From NCBI GenBank assembly GCA_020184695.1, contig JAANOX010000205.1:620001-684000 (forward strand): a DNA stretch of 64,000 nucleotides, given 5' to 3'. The notes beneath the pieces were generated by a model. The model did not search any database. It saw only the letters and a list, made by a program, of their open reading frames with translations, and was not told the DNA's origin. The stretch is from Histomonas meleagridis 2922-C6/04-290x. Taxonomy: Eukaryota; Protista; Parabasalia. Position numbers and translations under genes: made by a program. Every line of letters starts with the position of its first letter. The first letter of the stretch is position 1. Below are positions 34,098-46,509 of this stretch, in pieces.

Positions 34098-35489
34098 TTA
34101 AGCTTCAACTGAAGAAGTTGTGCTGCTGTCTTCACTTGTTTCATCAGAACTGGTCTCAACCGACATAGCTTCGCTTTCGTAGCTACTGCTTTTGTTGCTT
34201 GAGTGTGTGTTCTTCTTTTTCTGGATCTTTTTCTTCTTTTGTTTATGGTCATGATGATGATCATGTTCATCATGATCGTGGAAATGTTCATGAACATGGT
34301 CGTGGTCATGATCATGGTCATGGTCGTGGTCGTGGTGATGTTCATGACTGTGTGAATCTGAATTTCCTGGAATGTATAAATGTGGACACCCAATTCCATG
34401 CTTATAGACAGGAGGTGTAACGAATACTCTTTTGTCCTTTCCGAATGATGTCCCATAGAAGCACGATTCCTGGTGATTACTTCCTTGTGGGAAATCATCA
34501 ACAAACTCAATCTGAACTGTTGTTGAATAGATTCCGTAAGCAATCATTAAGTTATGTACTGATTCAAGGACTTCCTTATTACGTTCCTTAGAATCAACTA
34601 CAATATGACACACAGCTATGTAGCACTTTTTGGAAAGTTCCCAAACGTGAAGTTCATGGACGGTTACAAGGCCAGGGATCTTATGGAGTTCGTTAGTGAT
34701 TTCGACTGTATCGATTTCGTCGGGGCACCTCTCGATAACGGTCTTGGCGGTTTTCCTGAAGAGACCTTGGGAACCATAAACAAGGATAATAAGAGTGATA
34801 AGTGTGATAACAGGATCAACGTATGATTTATACTTCCAATCAGTGAAGCAAACAACACATGCTGATATAATAACACCAATTGACCCAAAGAAATCACCAA
34901 GGACATGAAGGAAAATACCTTTCATGTTGTCTGAATGACTATGATCATGGAAGATGAAAAGACCTAAGATATTAACAAGAAGACCAAGACAACCAACAAT
35001 GAGGAAAAGAATTGGTTGCTGGATTTCTTGAGGATCAAAGAATCTTTCAATCGCATCAAAGAAAAGTGTGAGGCAAATGGCAAGAAGGAAAACGGAGTTT
35101 ATAAGACCTCCTAATACTTCTGTGCGAGCCCATCCAAATGTCATAATTGGTGTTGGTGGATCTTTTGAAAGACGGTGGGCAACAAGACCAATGATAAGAC
35201 TTGCTAAATCTGTAAGCATATGAAAGGCATCTGATTGAAGTGCAAGTGATTTGGAAATAAAACCGACAATAAGTTCAGCAAGGAAAAAGATTGAGTTTAA
35301 AACAATCATCAAAACAATGCGCCATGTGGCTTTTGGATGTCCATGGTCGTGATCATGATCATGTCCATGCTCATGTGAATGACTGTGTTTTTCTCTTTTT
35401 TGTATAAACTCCATGAACTCATCGCAGTTTGATGGATTTATAAGAGCTGTCATGTCAATACCTTCGTGATCTTGACTGTCGGAACCCAT
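34098..35489 (-). CDS. Cation diffusion facilitator (ZnT1/Zrc1-like zinc transporter)
   Basis: SLALQSDAFHMLTD, TFGWARTEVLGGL, LHVLGDFFGS and VHELHVWEL motifs; His/Asp-rich N- and C-terminal repeats. Confidence 0.92.
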   Translation of the reverse strand: MGSDSQDHEGIDMTALINPSNCDEFMEFIQKREKHSHSHEHGHDHDHDHGHPKATWRIVLMIVLNSIFFLAELIVGFISKSLALQSDAFHMLTDLASLIIGLVAHRLSKDPPTPIMTFGWARTEVLGGLINSVFLLAICLTLFFDAIERFFDPQEIQQPILFLIVGCLGLLVNILGLFIFHDHSHSDNMKGIFLHVLGDFFGSIGVIISACVVCFTDWKYKSYVDPVITLITLIILVYGSQGLFRKTAKTVIERCPDEIDTVEITNELHKIPGLVTVHELHVWELSKKCYIAVCHIVVDSKERNKEVLESVHNLMIAYGIYSTTVQIEFVDDFPQGSNHQESCFYGTSFGKDKRVFVTPPVYKHGIGCPHLYIPGNSDSHSHEHHHDHDHDHDHDHDHVHEHFHDHDEHDHHHDHKQKKKKIQKKKNTHSSNKSSSYESEAMSVETSSDETSEDSSTTSSVEA

Positions 35490-36290
35490 GAAAAAGAATG
35501 GATATTTTTAAACGACTCCTCATTGAATTTTTTGAATACTATCGTTTTGTAATAATTTGTTGACCGTTTATTCCAAAAATGCAAAAAACCAAAATATAGA
35601 GATATTATCAAATATTAAAATGTATAAATGAAATTTATATATTTAAGAAATGGAAATTTTATTTATAACAATTAGAAATTATTTAATGGTTGCAATGATA
35701 TTTTTGGTTGTTTTGAAATTAACACCATTCTGAAAATCACGAAAAGTGACGCCATTTTCTTTGGTAAAAAGTTTCGTTTAACAAAAAGTAGATATTTCAG
35801 AGTGGTTGAAATTTATACAGAAGAAATTATTTTTCTCGAAGTGATCATCTATTTATATTCGTGATTGCCTTATCCTCTGAATATATTATGAATGTTTACC
35901 TAGATTTCGAGTGAAAAATAACAAAACATCTCAACTAAAATCATTTAAATCAGAATTCGATAATATATACAGAGAGTAGATATGATAATATATAAAATTT
36001 GATTTGTTTGTGTTTTAAATATGAAATTTTTATAAATCAAATTAATATTTGTTGTCAACAATTGTTATTACTGGTGAAGCGAACAAACGATATAACATTC
36101 AATACCCTTTTATGCTTTGAGAAGAAAACGATAATTCGTTCATTGAATTTCCACCAGCCTATGACTCAATTTCGGAACGTTTTATTTTAACGTTCCCATG
36201 TTTTATGTTCAACATAGAAAACAAAGACTGATAATAAATTTAAATTTATTCAATTGGCTAAAGTCCTTTTTGGAAAATTGCTACAGATTG

Positions 36291-38611
36291 TTAATAATGC
36301 ATACAGGGGTCTTCTTCAACTTCACTTGCACCTTTTTCTCGAAGTAAATTAATAATTTCGTTATAATTTCTTTTCTTTGCAAATTTAATTGCAGTCCAAA
36401 GTTATTTTAATGAACACCACTTAAAAATTTGGAATTTTATATATTTAAAATTAATATCATTAGCTACATTTATATCAATTCCATCTTGCTCAAGAAGTAA
36501 TTTAACAACCTCAGTGTGACCATTTCTTGATGCATGAATGAGTGCTGTTTGAAATGTTTTCTATAAAATCCAAGTATTTATATAAAATACCAATTAATTA
36601 GATGAATAAACATCTTTAGCATTTATATCTATTCCTTTTTGTTCAAGAAGAAGTTTAACAATTTCATAATGACCATATCCACATGCATACATAAGTGCAG
36701 TTTGAAACATTTTATATTAATTCCAAAATTTTGGTTAAAATACCAAATCATTAAAATGTTCATTCAATAAAACATAAAAATATTTTTAGCATTAATTTTA
36801 ACACCTTTTTGTGAAAGAAGTAATTTAACCATTTCTAGATTACCATTAAAAGCTGCTGATAGAAGTGGAGTCCAAAATAATTTAAATAATTTCCAAATTA
36901 ATGAATAAAACATAAAAACAACAAAATAAAATTTATACAAAATTAATAAATATTTTCATTATTTACATTAATTTTTTCTTGTTGAAGAAGTAATTTTGTA
37001 AGTTCAATATAACTTTTTTTAACAGCATTCATAAGTGGTGAAGTAAATAATTTGAATAAACACCAAATATTATTTTATAATTAGAAATTGTTTTTATGAT
37101 CATTGCAATAATTAAAAAAACAGTTTTAGTGTTTATATCAATTCCATTTTGTTCAAGAAGTAATTTAACAATATCTATATATCCATTATCAGATGCCCTC
37201 ACAATTGCTGTAAAAAACATCAAAATGAAATTCCAAATAAGAAATTGAAATTTTAATATCAATAAAAAAACTTTAAGAAAAATATTTAAACATCTTTTTC
37301 ATTAATATTAACACCTTCTTGTTCAAGTATTAATTTTACATTATTAATTATACCACATTTAGATGCTGTAATCAAAGCAGTTTCCAATATTTTGAGTAAA
37401 CTCCAAATAAAATTTTTAAATATCATCTAACATACATTATAAACATTTTTAGCATTTATATCTATTTCTTTATTTTCAAGAATATGTTTAACAAACTCAA
37501 TATTTTCAGATTCAGAAGCATAAACCAAAATATCCTTTGGAGATTGATTTCCTTCAAGAAAATATTTTGTAAGAAAAACATTTCCATTTCTTGAAGCCTC
37601 ACGTATTAAAGAATCATCAATTTTAAGTCCTTCTTTTACCAAAAATGAAAAAATTTCATAGTTATTAAATGTAATACATTTCTTTCCTAATTCAACGAAA
37701 TTTACTTCATTGAATTTGTTTTCATAAATATAATTAAAGATATCATTTTTATGGAATTCAATTGCTGTTTCATATGCGTTTTCAAATGTCGAATGATTTT
37801 GTTCACATAAATGAATGATTTCAAGATGTCCACCTGCAATTGCATATTTGCCTGTATTTGTTAATTTAGAACCATTTAATAATAAAAATTTAAAACAATT
37901 AATTGCTCCAAAAAATGCTGCATATTCAATTAATGTAACATTCTCTTGATTAATAAATGAACACCTTTCATAAAGTGATGGTTTAATGATTTGATTATAA
38001 TCGAAGTTTGTTTGTGATGATAATTCTTGAAGTTTTTCTATTTCATCATTTCGAATTAGTTTTGCAATTGTATCTGGATTAATTCCTTCATTGACCAATT
38101 GTTTCTGATGTTCCCAATCATTTTCTGAAAGGTTATCAACTTCTTTTTTAAATTCTTCTTTGAACGGAGTTTTTTTATTAATAGCTTTTAAAATTTGATC
38201 TTTAGGACTATATTGAGCAAAATATAACAAATTTTTATTTTTTACACGACTAGGATCAATTAAGTTACTTTCAATCATTTTAACAAGTAAGTAATTAGAC
38301 TCATTTGACTTGGAAACAATAAGAAATTGAGTGAATAATTCAAATATTTTTTGATTATTTTTATTGAACTCGTCTTCTTTTGTTTCAATATCTTTTAGAA
38401 AATCAAAATATTCTTTAAATCCTATCATCTTTGAAATATAAGATGCATGAATTAAATGTATAATAACAAGATTGAAAGAATCTGGAAAATTAACATCATA
38501 TAATTTCATGACTTGATCAACTGATTCTTTAACATTTTCTTCTTCTAGGTTCCAAATTATCTCTTGAAGAGTTGTAAGACATTGAAAATATTTGTTTCCT
38601 TCTGTTTCCAT
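36291..38611 (-). CDS. DUF3447-type + ankyrin-repeat protein; intact if 25 intervening 17-nt elements are removed
   Basis: ORF 37427..38611 gives the N-terminal part. Seven loop clusters start at 37444, 37291, 37121, 36951, 36781, 36611 and 36455. All intervening exons are stop-free ankyrin helices, ending ...EEDPCMHY* at 36291. Confidence 0.8.
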
Positions 38612-38669
38612 CGCAAAAAATGGTACACGTTAAGAAGACGTTTAGTTTTAACGATTAAAAATAATTGAA

Positions 38670-39431
38670 ATGCATATGCTTTTTTTCATCTTTATATGGA
38701 CGTCTCCAAGATCAACACGCAGAGATATGTCAAACGTCAGTGTAAACATACCTAGAGAATATGATTTTCTCAAAGAATATCCCGAATGTGACTTTGGACC
38801 ATTAACACAAGAATGTGGATGTTGCTATGCATATGGACCTCTTAAAGCTATGAGCCATCGCTTCTGTAAGGCTTTGAAGAAAAAAGTCATTTTATCTAGT
38901 CAATACATTGTATCTTGCGATCTTGCAGATAATGGATGTGTTGGTGGTTGTGAAATGACTGTTTTATATTTTATGGAGCAACATGGTGTCACAGATGTTG
39001 AATGTCATCCATGGAAAGGTGTTAAAAAATATTCTAATGATTTTTGTTCCAGATGTGATAATTCAAGCAAGCCAATGAAACTCTACAAAGCTGTTTATTC
39101 AAGCACTACGCACTATGTAGGTGTCGATGACATTAAAAAAGCCATTCTTATTGATGGACCTGTTTCAGCATCAATTGCATCAGATAAGAAATTTTCTAAT
39201 TACAGAGGGGGAATCTATACATCTTCTTTAAAGGGGAAAATAGAGGCGGGAAATCATGCTGTAGAACTAATTGGCTGGGGCATTGATGATGATGGTGTTG
39301 AGTTTTGGATAATCCTTAACCAATATGGGACACATTGGGGAGAGAAAGGAAGAATGAGAATAAAGATGGGGACAAACGAGGGATTAATAGAAAGTTTTGT
39401 TTATGCTGCACAACCTTTGTTGCAAGAGTGA
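38670..39431 (+). CDS. Papain-family (C1A) cathepsin B-like cysteine peptidase
   Basis: QECGCCYAY (catalytic Cys region), CDLADNGCVGG, GNHAVELIGWG and FWIILNQYG..WGEKG. Confidence 0.88.
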   Translation: MHMLFFIFIWTSPRSTRRDMSNVSVNIPREYDFLKEYPECDFGPLTQECGCCYAYGPLKAMSHRFCKALKKKVILSSQYIVSCDLADNGCVGGCEMTVLYFMEQHGVTDVECHPWKGVKKYSNDFCSRCDNSSKPMKLYKAVYSSTTHYVGVDDIKKAILIDGPVSASIASDKKFSNYRGGIYTSSLKGKIEAGNHAVELIGWGIDDDGVEFWIILNQYGTHWGEKGRMRIKMGTNEGLIESFVYAAQPLLQE

Positions 39432-39710
39432 TAATACAAAATATTTTATAAATTATGTGTATATGGATATTAATTTGAAAATATTTTTAATCAAAACTTT
39501 CGAAACTGATCATAAATAATGATTAAATTCATAAGACCAGTGTATACATAGCAGATGATTTGGGAATTTAATTAAAATTCAATATATATATATATATATA
39601 ATATTTAAAAATTAATTTAAAAATGTGATTGAATCTCTAAAGTAAATGTCATTAGATAATTAATGTTCTTTATTATATAATGCAATTTATATTGTCACAC
39701 AAAGTATCAA

Positions 39711-39718
39711 AAAGTGAC
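39711..39718 (+). promoter_or_regulatory. AAAGTGAC motif (recalled as a Trichomonas upstream promoter motif)
   Basis: 30 nt upstream of the cytidine deaminase ATG. The same octamer occurs at 7977, 11726 and 35743, each in a gene-upstream interval. Confidence 0.4.
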
Positions 39719-39748
39719 TTTAAACAACGATAGAAGAAGTTTGATGAA

Positions 39749-40126
39749 ATGAATTTTGAAGAACTGATTCAAGCTGCAAAATCAGTTTTAAATCCTCGCT
39801 CACTTTCCGAGGACTCATCGGCTGGATCTGTTGCAGCTGCATTAGTTACTGAACAAGGAAATGTTTATAAAGGCGTATGTATTGATGTTCCTTGCTCAAT
39901 GGGATTTTGTGCAGAGCACTCAGCAATTGCAGCAATGATTACAGCTGGAGAAAGCAAAATTGAAAAGATTGTTGCACTTTATGAAAATGGAGAAATTGTT
40001 GCACCATGTGGTAGATGTAGAGAATTCATATACCAAATAAACCACGAGAATCTAGATACAAAGGTGCTCTTAAAATCTGGAGTTTTAACAATCAGTGATT
40101 TATTACCTCATATCTGGAATGAGTAA
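39749..40126 (+). CDS. cdd: Cytidine deaminase
   Basis: Zn-binding motifs CAEHSAI and APCGRCRE; 125 aa. Confidence 0.88.
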   Translation: MNFEELIQAAKSVLNPRSLSEDSSAGSVAAALVTEQGNVYKGVCIDVPCSMGFCAEHSAIAAMITAGESKIEKIVALYENGEIVAPCGRCREFIYQINHENLDTKVLLKSGVLTISDLLPHIWNE

Positions 40127-40298
40127 ACGCTAACAACACAAAAATTTATAAATAAAAGCCTATTGTGTATTGTTTTTTCCATTTCATTCAGATCGAATTT
40201 AATTTTCTTTAAATTTTATTGGCGAATTTGTTCTTCATTACAACAGCGCATATAAACCACTTAAAAATGATTGCAACTTGAACCGTTACCGAGAAAAA

Positions 40299-40874
40299 AT
40301 GCAAGTAAACTCCGTTTTCCACGGGCGTGTGGTGTTTATTGGCGATGCGTCAGTTGGGAAAACGTCTATACTAAATAACCTTGTTGATGACAGATTTGAT
40401 GAATTTGAACCTTCAACTGTTGGTGCAAATTATCAATTATTCTCAAATAATGTTAAAAATATACATGTTGAAATGCAAATTTGGGATACTGCTGGCCAAG
40501 AGCGTTATCGCTCCCTAGGATCTATTTATTATAGGAATTCAATAGGTGCAATAGTCGTTTTTGATTTAACATCCCGCTCTTCATTCAACAATATAATGAC
40601 CTGGATCCAAGATTTTTACCATATAGCAGATCAAAATGCTGTTGTTTTCATTGCAGGAAATAAATCAGATTTAAAAAATGAACGTGTAGTATCAACAAAG
40701 GAAGCTCAAGAATGGGCTGACTCCAATGGATATCAGTACTTTGAAACATCTGCAAAAACAGGTGAAGGGATTCATGATATGTTTGATTCACTTTCAAAAG
40801 AACTTGTTCAAAAGAAATTCATATCACATGAGAATACAAGACCATTAGAAGAAAACACGTGGAAGTGTTGTTGA
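40299..40874 (+). CDS. Rab-family small GTPase
   Basis: GDASVGKT, WDTAGQE, NKSD and ETSAK motifs, C-terminal CC prenylation motif; first ATG at 40299. Confidence 0.92.
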   Translation: MQVNSVFHGRVVFIGDASVGKTSILNNLVDDRFDEFEPSTVGANYQLFSNNVKNIHVEMQIWDTAGQERYRSLGSIYYRNSIGAIVVFDLTSRSSFNNIMTWIQDFYHIADQNAVVFIAGNKSDLKNERVVSTKEAQEWADSNGYQYFETSAKTGEGIHDMFDSLSKELVQKKFISHENTRPLEENTWKCC

Positions 40875-41158
40875 TTTGTTTGGCAAAAAAAATATTTTTT
40901 CATTATGATATCATATTACTTTTTTTTTTAATTACCAACCAAGACCACTTTTTTCTGCACATTTTGATGTAATTAGTAAAGTAAAAATTTAGAGTATTTT
41001 TTAATTATTGTAGAAAACTTTTTTTAACATTAATTGCGTACTTTTTATACAACGACTGTGTATTAATATGTACTAAAGAAACATATCCATGAAGAGTTCC
41101 AACTGTATAGAAGTCATTAATTTTTTTAGAAATACATTAACTTATGAAAATATAAAAT

Positions 41159-41740
41159 TTAGATATCGGTATTGATCTGATTGTCATTGTTATGATCGTG
41201 TGGCATTATTCCTAACCCATCAAAGTTGGATGATGCGCTTGCATGACCCATTGAATTATCATTTAAAGAAGTTTTTAAGCTGGAATACCACCTGTTTTTA
41301 ATAGCGCCACATGACCGCCCTGGGAGTAGTTGTGCAATTATTGACCATCTATTTCCAACTTCTTTTTGTTTTTCAATAATGATTTGATCCTCCCATTGTT
41401 CAAAAGGACCATGTTTAAGAGATGGATCTAAACGATTGAACCAACGTTCGCGGCACTGTTTTGCTGTGCGTGTTGGGACAAAACGAGCAATATCACTCCA
41501 TTTCTTTGTTCCAATTTGACTGATTGCTGTCTTTAAGAGATCATCTTCTTGTTGGCTCCATGAACCGCGTGTGTTTATAAAAGTACCCTTGCTTGTTGGA
41601 TCAAAATTTCCTGTTTGATTTTGAAAAAATGCCTGAAAAATTGCAGGCACTTGCGATGGGTCGATTGACAAATTGCTGTATTGTGCTAGTATTTCATTTT
41701 CCTGGGGAACTTGTTGGTTTTCGTTGTTTTCGTTCGACAT
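41159..41740 (-). CDS. R2R3 Myb transcription factor
   Basis: RGSWSQQEDDLL...KKWSDIA...RTAKQCRERWFNRLDP..KHGPF...GNRWSIIA..LPGRSCGAIKNRWY. Confidence 0.92.
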   Translation of the reverse strand: MSNENNENQQVPQENEILAQYSNLSIDPSQVPAIFQAFFQNQTGNFDPTSKGTFINTRGSWSQQEDDLLKTAISQIGTKKWSDIARFVPTRTAKQCRERWFNRLDPSLKHGPFEQWEDQIIIEKQKEVGNRWSIIAQLLPGRSCGAIKNRWYSSLKTSLNDNSMGHASASSNFDGLGIMPHDHNNDNQINTDI

Positions 41741-42309
41741 TAAAATTTAGCGCCAAACCGCTGTGGTATTAAATAATTGTATGCAGAACGATTATACTCA
41801 TTTGTAAACAATTGAATAATGTCTAAAAAAAATAATGAATTGTATTCTAAGAATTTTTCAATTAAATTTACAAAAAATGAGAGAAACGATAGATGATAAT
41901 TCTGAAGGGTGCTTCAGCCATTCAGCATCATCTAAAGAATATTATTTTTATGAAATGTTTTTCTTAAAATTATTATTCACAATTATTGATTTTCTATTCT
42001 ATCAAATTTTATTCACAAGAAATTTCTATCGGTATACTTTTCAGCAATCGCTTGGAACATTTCAGCGACTCCTTCTAGCACATTTTGCAAAGTAATTCAT
42101 GCAAAGTTTTTCTGTTATTTACTTTCCTTCATTGAACATATTTATCTATATCAATTTTATTTCCACGCGCGCATAAATAATTGGATAAAAATTACTCTTC
42201 ATTAGCACATTACAGTATTTTTCAAGTGCCCTCATGGGTAAAGATTTTCAACAATGATAACAACATCAGATTTTTTAACACATATTTCTAAATTAACGTT
42301 AATTTAAAT

Positions 42310-42573
42310 TCACAAAGATTTATTAATACCGATATTGTGTCATTGCTTGTTAAACATGAAAATATTAATATAAATTTAAAAAATATTTTTTTGTCATAAT
42401 CAAATTTTGTTTTACTGATTTAAAATTTTCTTAATGTTATTGGAGTTCTTTTATATTTTGTAATAATGCGTTAATGATGGCATCAAAAAAAGGTAATGAT
42501 AAAATAGTTAATATGCTAAAGAATGATTCTTTAATAGCTAAAAAAGAAGAAAAACAAAAATGCTCAAATTCAT
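42310..42573 (+). pseudogene. Ankyrin-repeat remnant with four 17-nt elements
   Basis: DIVSLLVKHENININLKN-[17]K[17]K[17]G[17]N-NALMMASKKGNDKIVNML; elements lie within 42385-42461. Confidence 0.65.
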
Positions 42574-43125
42574 AAAACTTGATCATAAATTAATTTTTTA
42601 CATTATCTTTTTTTTTATATTTTTAAAGAGCAATTTCTGTATTTTTTTCTACTAATTAAATAGATTGAATAACATATTATTATATATTCTCTTGGATCTT
42701 TTATGGTATTTTATAACAATTTCCATATACTCAAAAGCTGAGGAAATGAATTCAAAATTTCAATGAAATAAAAAAAATTGAATGTACAGTTGAAAAAACA
42801 ATCGTCGCAAAACTCATGAACTGAAATTTTAACGGTATATTCAATCAGAAAATCTGGGCGTTTCAAACATCGAAATTAACCAATGATTTTCCATTGTTTA
42901 GTGTTATCAAGGTTTCCATGTTTTGGTGAGCTTGTTCATTTTCATTCTAGAAAATTGGTCAATGATAAAACAAATATTTTTAAAAATCAAAATTTTGATT
43001 TCAACCATGAAAAATATTTCATTAATACAAGTAATATTTATCAACATCATGCAAACAAGAAATATCGTACCCTAACTTATAGTTCAATTTTAAAACCTTT
43101 TTGAAACAATTATCAAGTTTCTAAC

Positions 43126-46100
43126 ATGAATGAAAAAATTATTCGTTTTCGATATTTTTTCCTTCAGTTAACACAAAACAAAACTATCATTTTCTTTTCA
43201 TTCTTCTTTTTATTTATTTTTTTAAAAATCGATTTTCCAACAAAACTTTTTAACAATCGCTCACATAAAAGAGAAAAGTTCTTAAATATATTTATTTTTT
43301 CGATATTTTTTATTCATGGGATCGAAGTATTTGATAACACAACAAAAACTCTTATATTAAATAAATATAGTGAATTAAAAAAAGGATATTTATATTATGA
43401 TGTAGAACATGTAATAATTGAAGGTGAAATAAGACATATTCCATATCGATCATTTCGAAACTTTTATTTTCTAACAGTTGAAATTAAAAATTCAGTAATT
43501 TCTATTGAAGAAAGAGCATTTGAATATTGTTATAATTTAGTTAATGTTACATTTGGTGATAATTTAAAAAGTGATTAATATTTATGCATTTTATTCTTGT
43601 AATAATTGGGGAAATGTTACATTTGGAAAAAATTTGGAAATAATTCATGACAATGCATTTTGTGATTGTAATAATTTAAAAAATATTACAATTCCGAATT
43701 CAGTAATAACGATTAATAGTTATGCATTTGATAGTTGTACTAGTTTAGAAATTATTATATTGGGAGAAAAATTGGAAACAATTAGTAATCATGCATTTGG
43801 TTATTGTACTTCTTTAAGAAATATAACAATTCCTGCTTCTGTTACATCAATATCATCAACATCTTTTTCATTTTGTCAAAATCTTCAATTTATATATGTA
43901 TCACCTGATAATCGAATATATTCTAATTATTATAATGATGGACTTCTATATGATAAATTCATTACAAAAATTATAATTTATCCAATTGGAAATGATGGAA
44001 CAGAAATTACACTTCCTGATTCTGTAAATTACATTGAAGATTATGCATTTTATGGTTGTAGTGTATTCTATGAAATTGCATTCCCATCTCAAATATTTTC
44101 AATTGGTACTTATGCATTTGGTTATTGTAATAATTTGGAAATTGTTATATTTTCATCAAATTTAGAAACAATTAATTCTTATGTATTTTCTCACTGTAAT
44201 ACTTTAAAAACAGTTAAAATTCCAAATTCAGTAAATTCAATTAAAAGTTATTCATTTTATTATTGTAATAGTTTGGAAAATGTCATTTTAGAAGAAAATT
44301 TGGAATTTATTGGTGATTATGCATTTTGTTATTGTACTTCCTTAAAAAATATCACAATTCCTTCTTCAGTTACATCAATATCTCCAACAGCTTTTCGATC
44401 ATGTAGAAGTCTTCAATTTATTAATGTTTCATCTGATAATCAAATGTATGCAAATTATGAAAATAGTGGAGTTTTATATGATAAAAACTTAACAACAATT
44501 ATTTTTTTCCCACCTGGAATTAACACAGATACCGATATTCCTTTTGGTTTAACTTCAATTGGAGATTATGCATTTTATGAAAATAAAGTAAATGGTGTTC
44601 CACTTCCACCTTATATAGTTTCAATTGGTACTTATACATTTAGTTATTGTAATAATTTGGAAATTGTTACATTAAATTCAAATTTAGAAACAATTGATTC
44701 TTATGCATTTGCTTACTGTTCTAATTTAAGAACTATTGAAATTACAGATTCTGTAACTTTAATTAATAATTATGCATTTTATGATTGTTATAATTTAGAA
44801 AATGTTATATTAGGAGAAAATTTAAAAACGATTGGTGATTATGCATTTAGTTCATGTACTACATTAAAAAATATAACAATTCCTGCTTCAGTTACAACAA
44901 TATCTCCAACAGCTTTTCGATCAAGTGAAAAACTTCAATTTATTAATGTTTCTTCTAATAATCAAATGTATTCTAATCTTGAAAATAGTGGAGTTTTATA
45001 TGATAAAAATATTTCGACAATCATTATATATCCAGAAGGTATTCTCAATAACACATTCCAAATATTAAATTCAGTAACTTTGATTGAAGGATTCATTTTT
45101 ACTGATAATAATTATTTAAAGTCAATTATTCTTGGAAATAATGTTGAAATAATTGATGATTATGCATTTTATAATTGTAAATATTTAGAAAAAATTATAT
45201 TGGGAGAAAAATTAAAAACAATTGGTGATAGTGCATTTGAGTCATGTATTTATTTAACTAATATTACAATTCCTTCTTCAGTTATATTAATATCTCCAAC
45301 AGCTTTTTTACTCTGTAGAAATCTTCAAATTATTAATATTTCACCTGATAATCAAATTTATTCTAATTATAATAATGATGGAATTCTTTATAATAAAAAT
45401 ATTTCAGAAATCATTATTTATCCAGAAGGTATTTCAAATAAAATATTTCAAATCCCAAAATCTGTAACTTCAATTGGAAATTATGCATTTGCATTAAATT
45501 TAAATTTATTAAATATTGTTATCGGAGAATATGTAAAATCTATTGGATCTTATGCATTTGCATATTGTTATTCATTACAATATATATATATTCCAAATTC
45601 AGTTATAACAATCGGAGAATATGCATTTTATTCATTAATTTATTATCCAGAAATTGTAACACCTACTTCTTCAAATATGAATAATTTAATTGAAACATCT
45701 TCTAATAAATATATTTCAAATTTAAACACAGTTATTATTGGTGAAAATGTAAAAGAAATTGGGAGAAGTGCATTTATGAATTGTTTTAATTTGAATTGTA
45801 TTTATTTTTATTGTACTTGTGATGTAAACATTGAAGAGAATGCATTTTTTTCAATGTTTATTTGAGTAATGTCATGACAAGTGATTTATATATAGAAGAG
45901 CATTTTGATATTTTTTTAATGTAAGTAATCTCGATAATTGATGAATGTCTTCCATTTATTTTTACTAATACATTTTCACAATCAAATACATATTCACAAT
46001 CGAACTCTTTCACGAGTTCATTTCCACCCGATGCAACATTAACTCATTCATTTCTTTTAACATATACAATATCATTAACACAAACAGTTACACTTTATAA

Positions 46101-46509
46101 TTCATATATTTCAAATACAATTTCTAATTCGAATGGAATCTTTACTTATACAGAATTTATATATTATGAATATAAAGTTATTATATTTTCAGAATTCATA
46201 AGTTTTTATTCTGATTTCTTTACTATTTTTTATCAAAATGATTTTAGAGAACAATTAAATAATAATAATAATGATATTATTATTGGTGTTTGTGTTGCTA
46301 TTGCAATTGTTGTTGTTGTTTCAATTGTAATAGCAATATTAATTCTTGTTTGGAAGAAGAAACAAAATATTGAAAAAATTGATATTGTTACAGATGAAGA
46401 AAATAAAGATTCAACAAATGTATTTGCAGCAGGAACAAAAATGGAAAACATTAAAGAAGATCCATTTGCAGATGATTTTAAAGAAGAAGATAACTTTATA
46501 AATATTTAA
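43126..46509 (+). CDS. BspA-like (TpLRR) surface protein with a C-terminal transmembrane segment; split by homopolymer frameshifts
   Basis: Many L..I.IP.SV..I...AF..C repeats, an S/T-rich stalk, TM IIIGVCVAIAIVVVVSIVIAILILVW and tail EDPFADDFKEEDNFINI*. Frameshifts at ~43570 and ~45850 are absent from the second copy. True start uncertain. Confidence 0.85.

Noticed and set aside
36291-37444. Canonical spliceosomal introns (one per ankyrin repeat)
   Set aside because: There is no 3' AG or branch-point consensus, and removing each whole insert would delete the conserved x-x-G-x loop residues. The 17+3 parse fits better.
43560-43580. Programmed frameshifts in the BspA genes
   Set aside because: The breaks sit in A/T homopolymers and differ between the two near-identical copies, typical of long-read indel errors.
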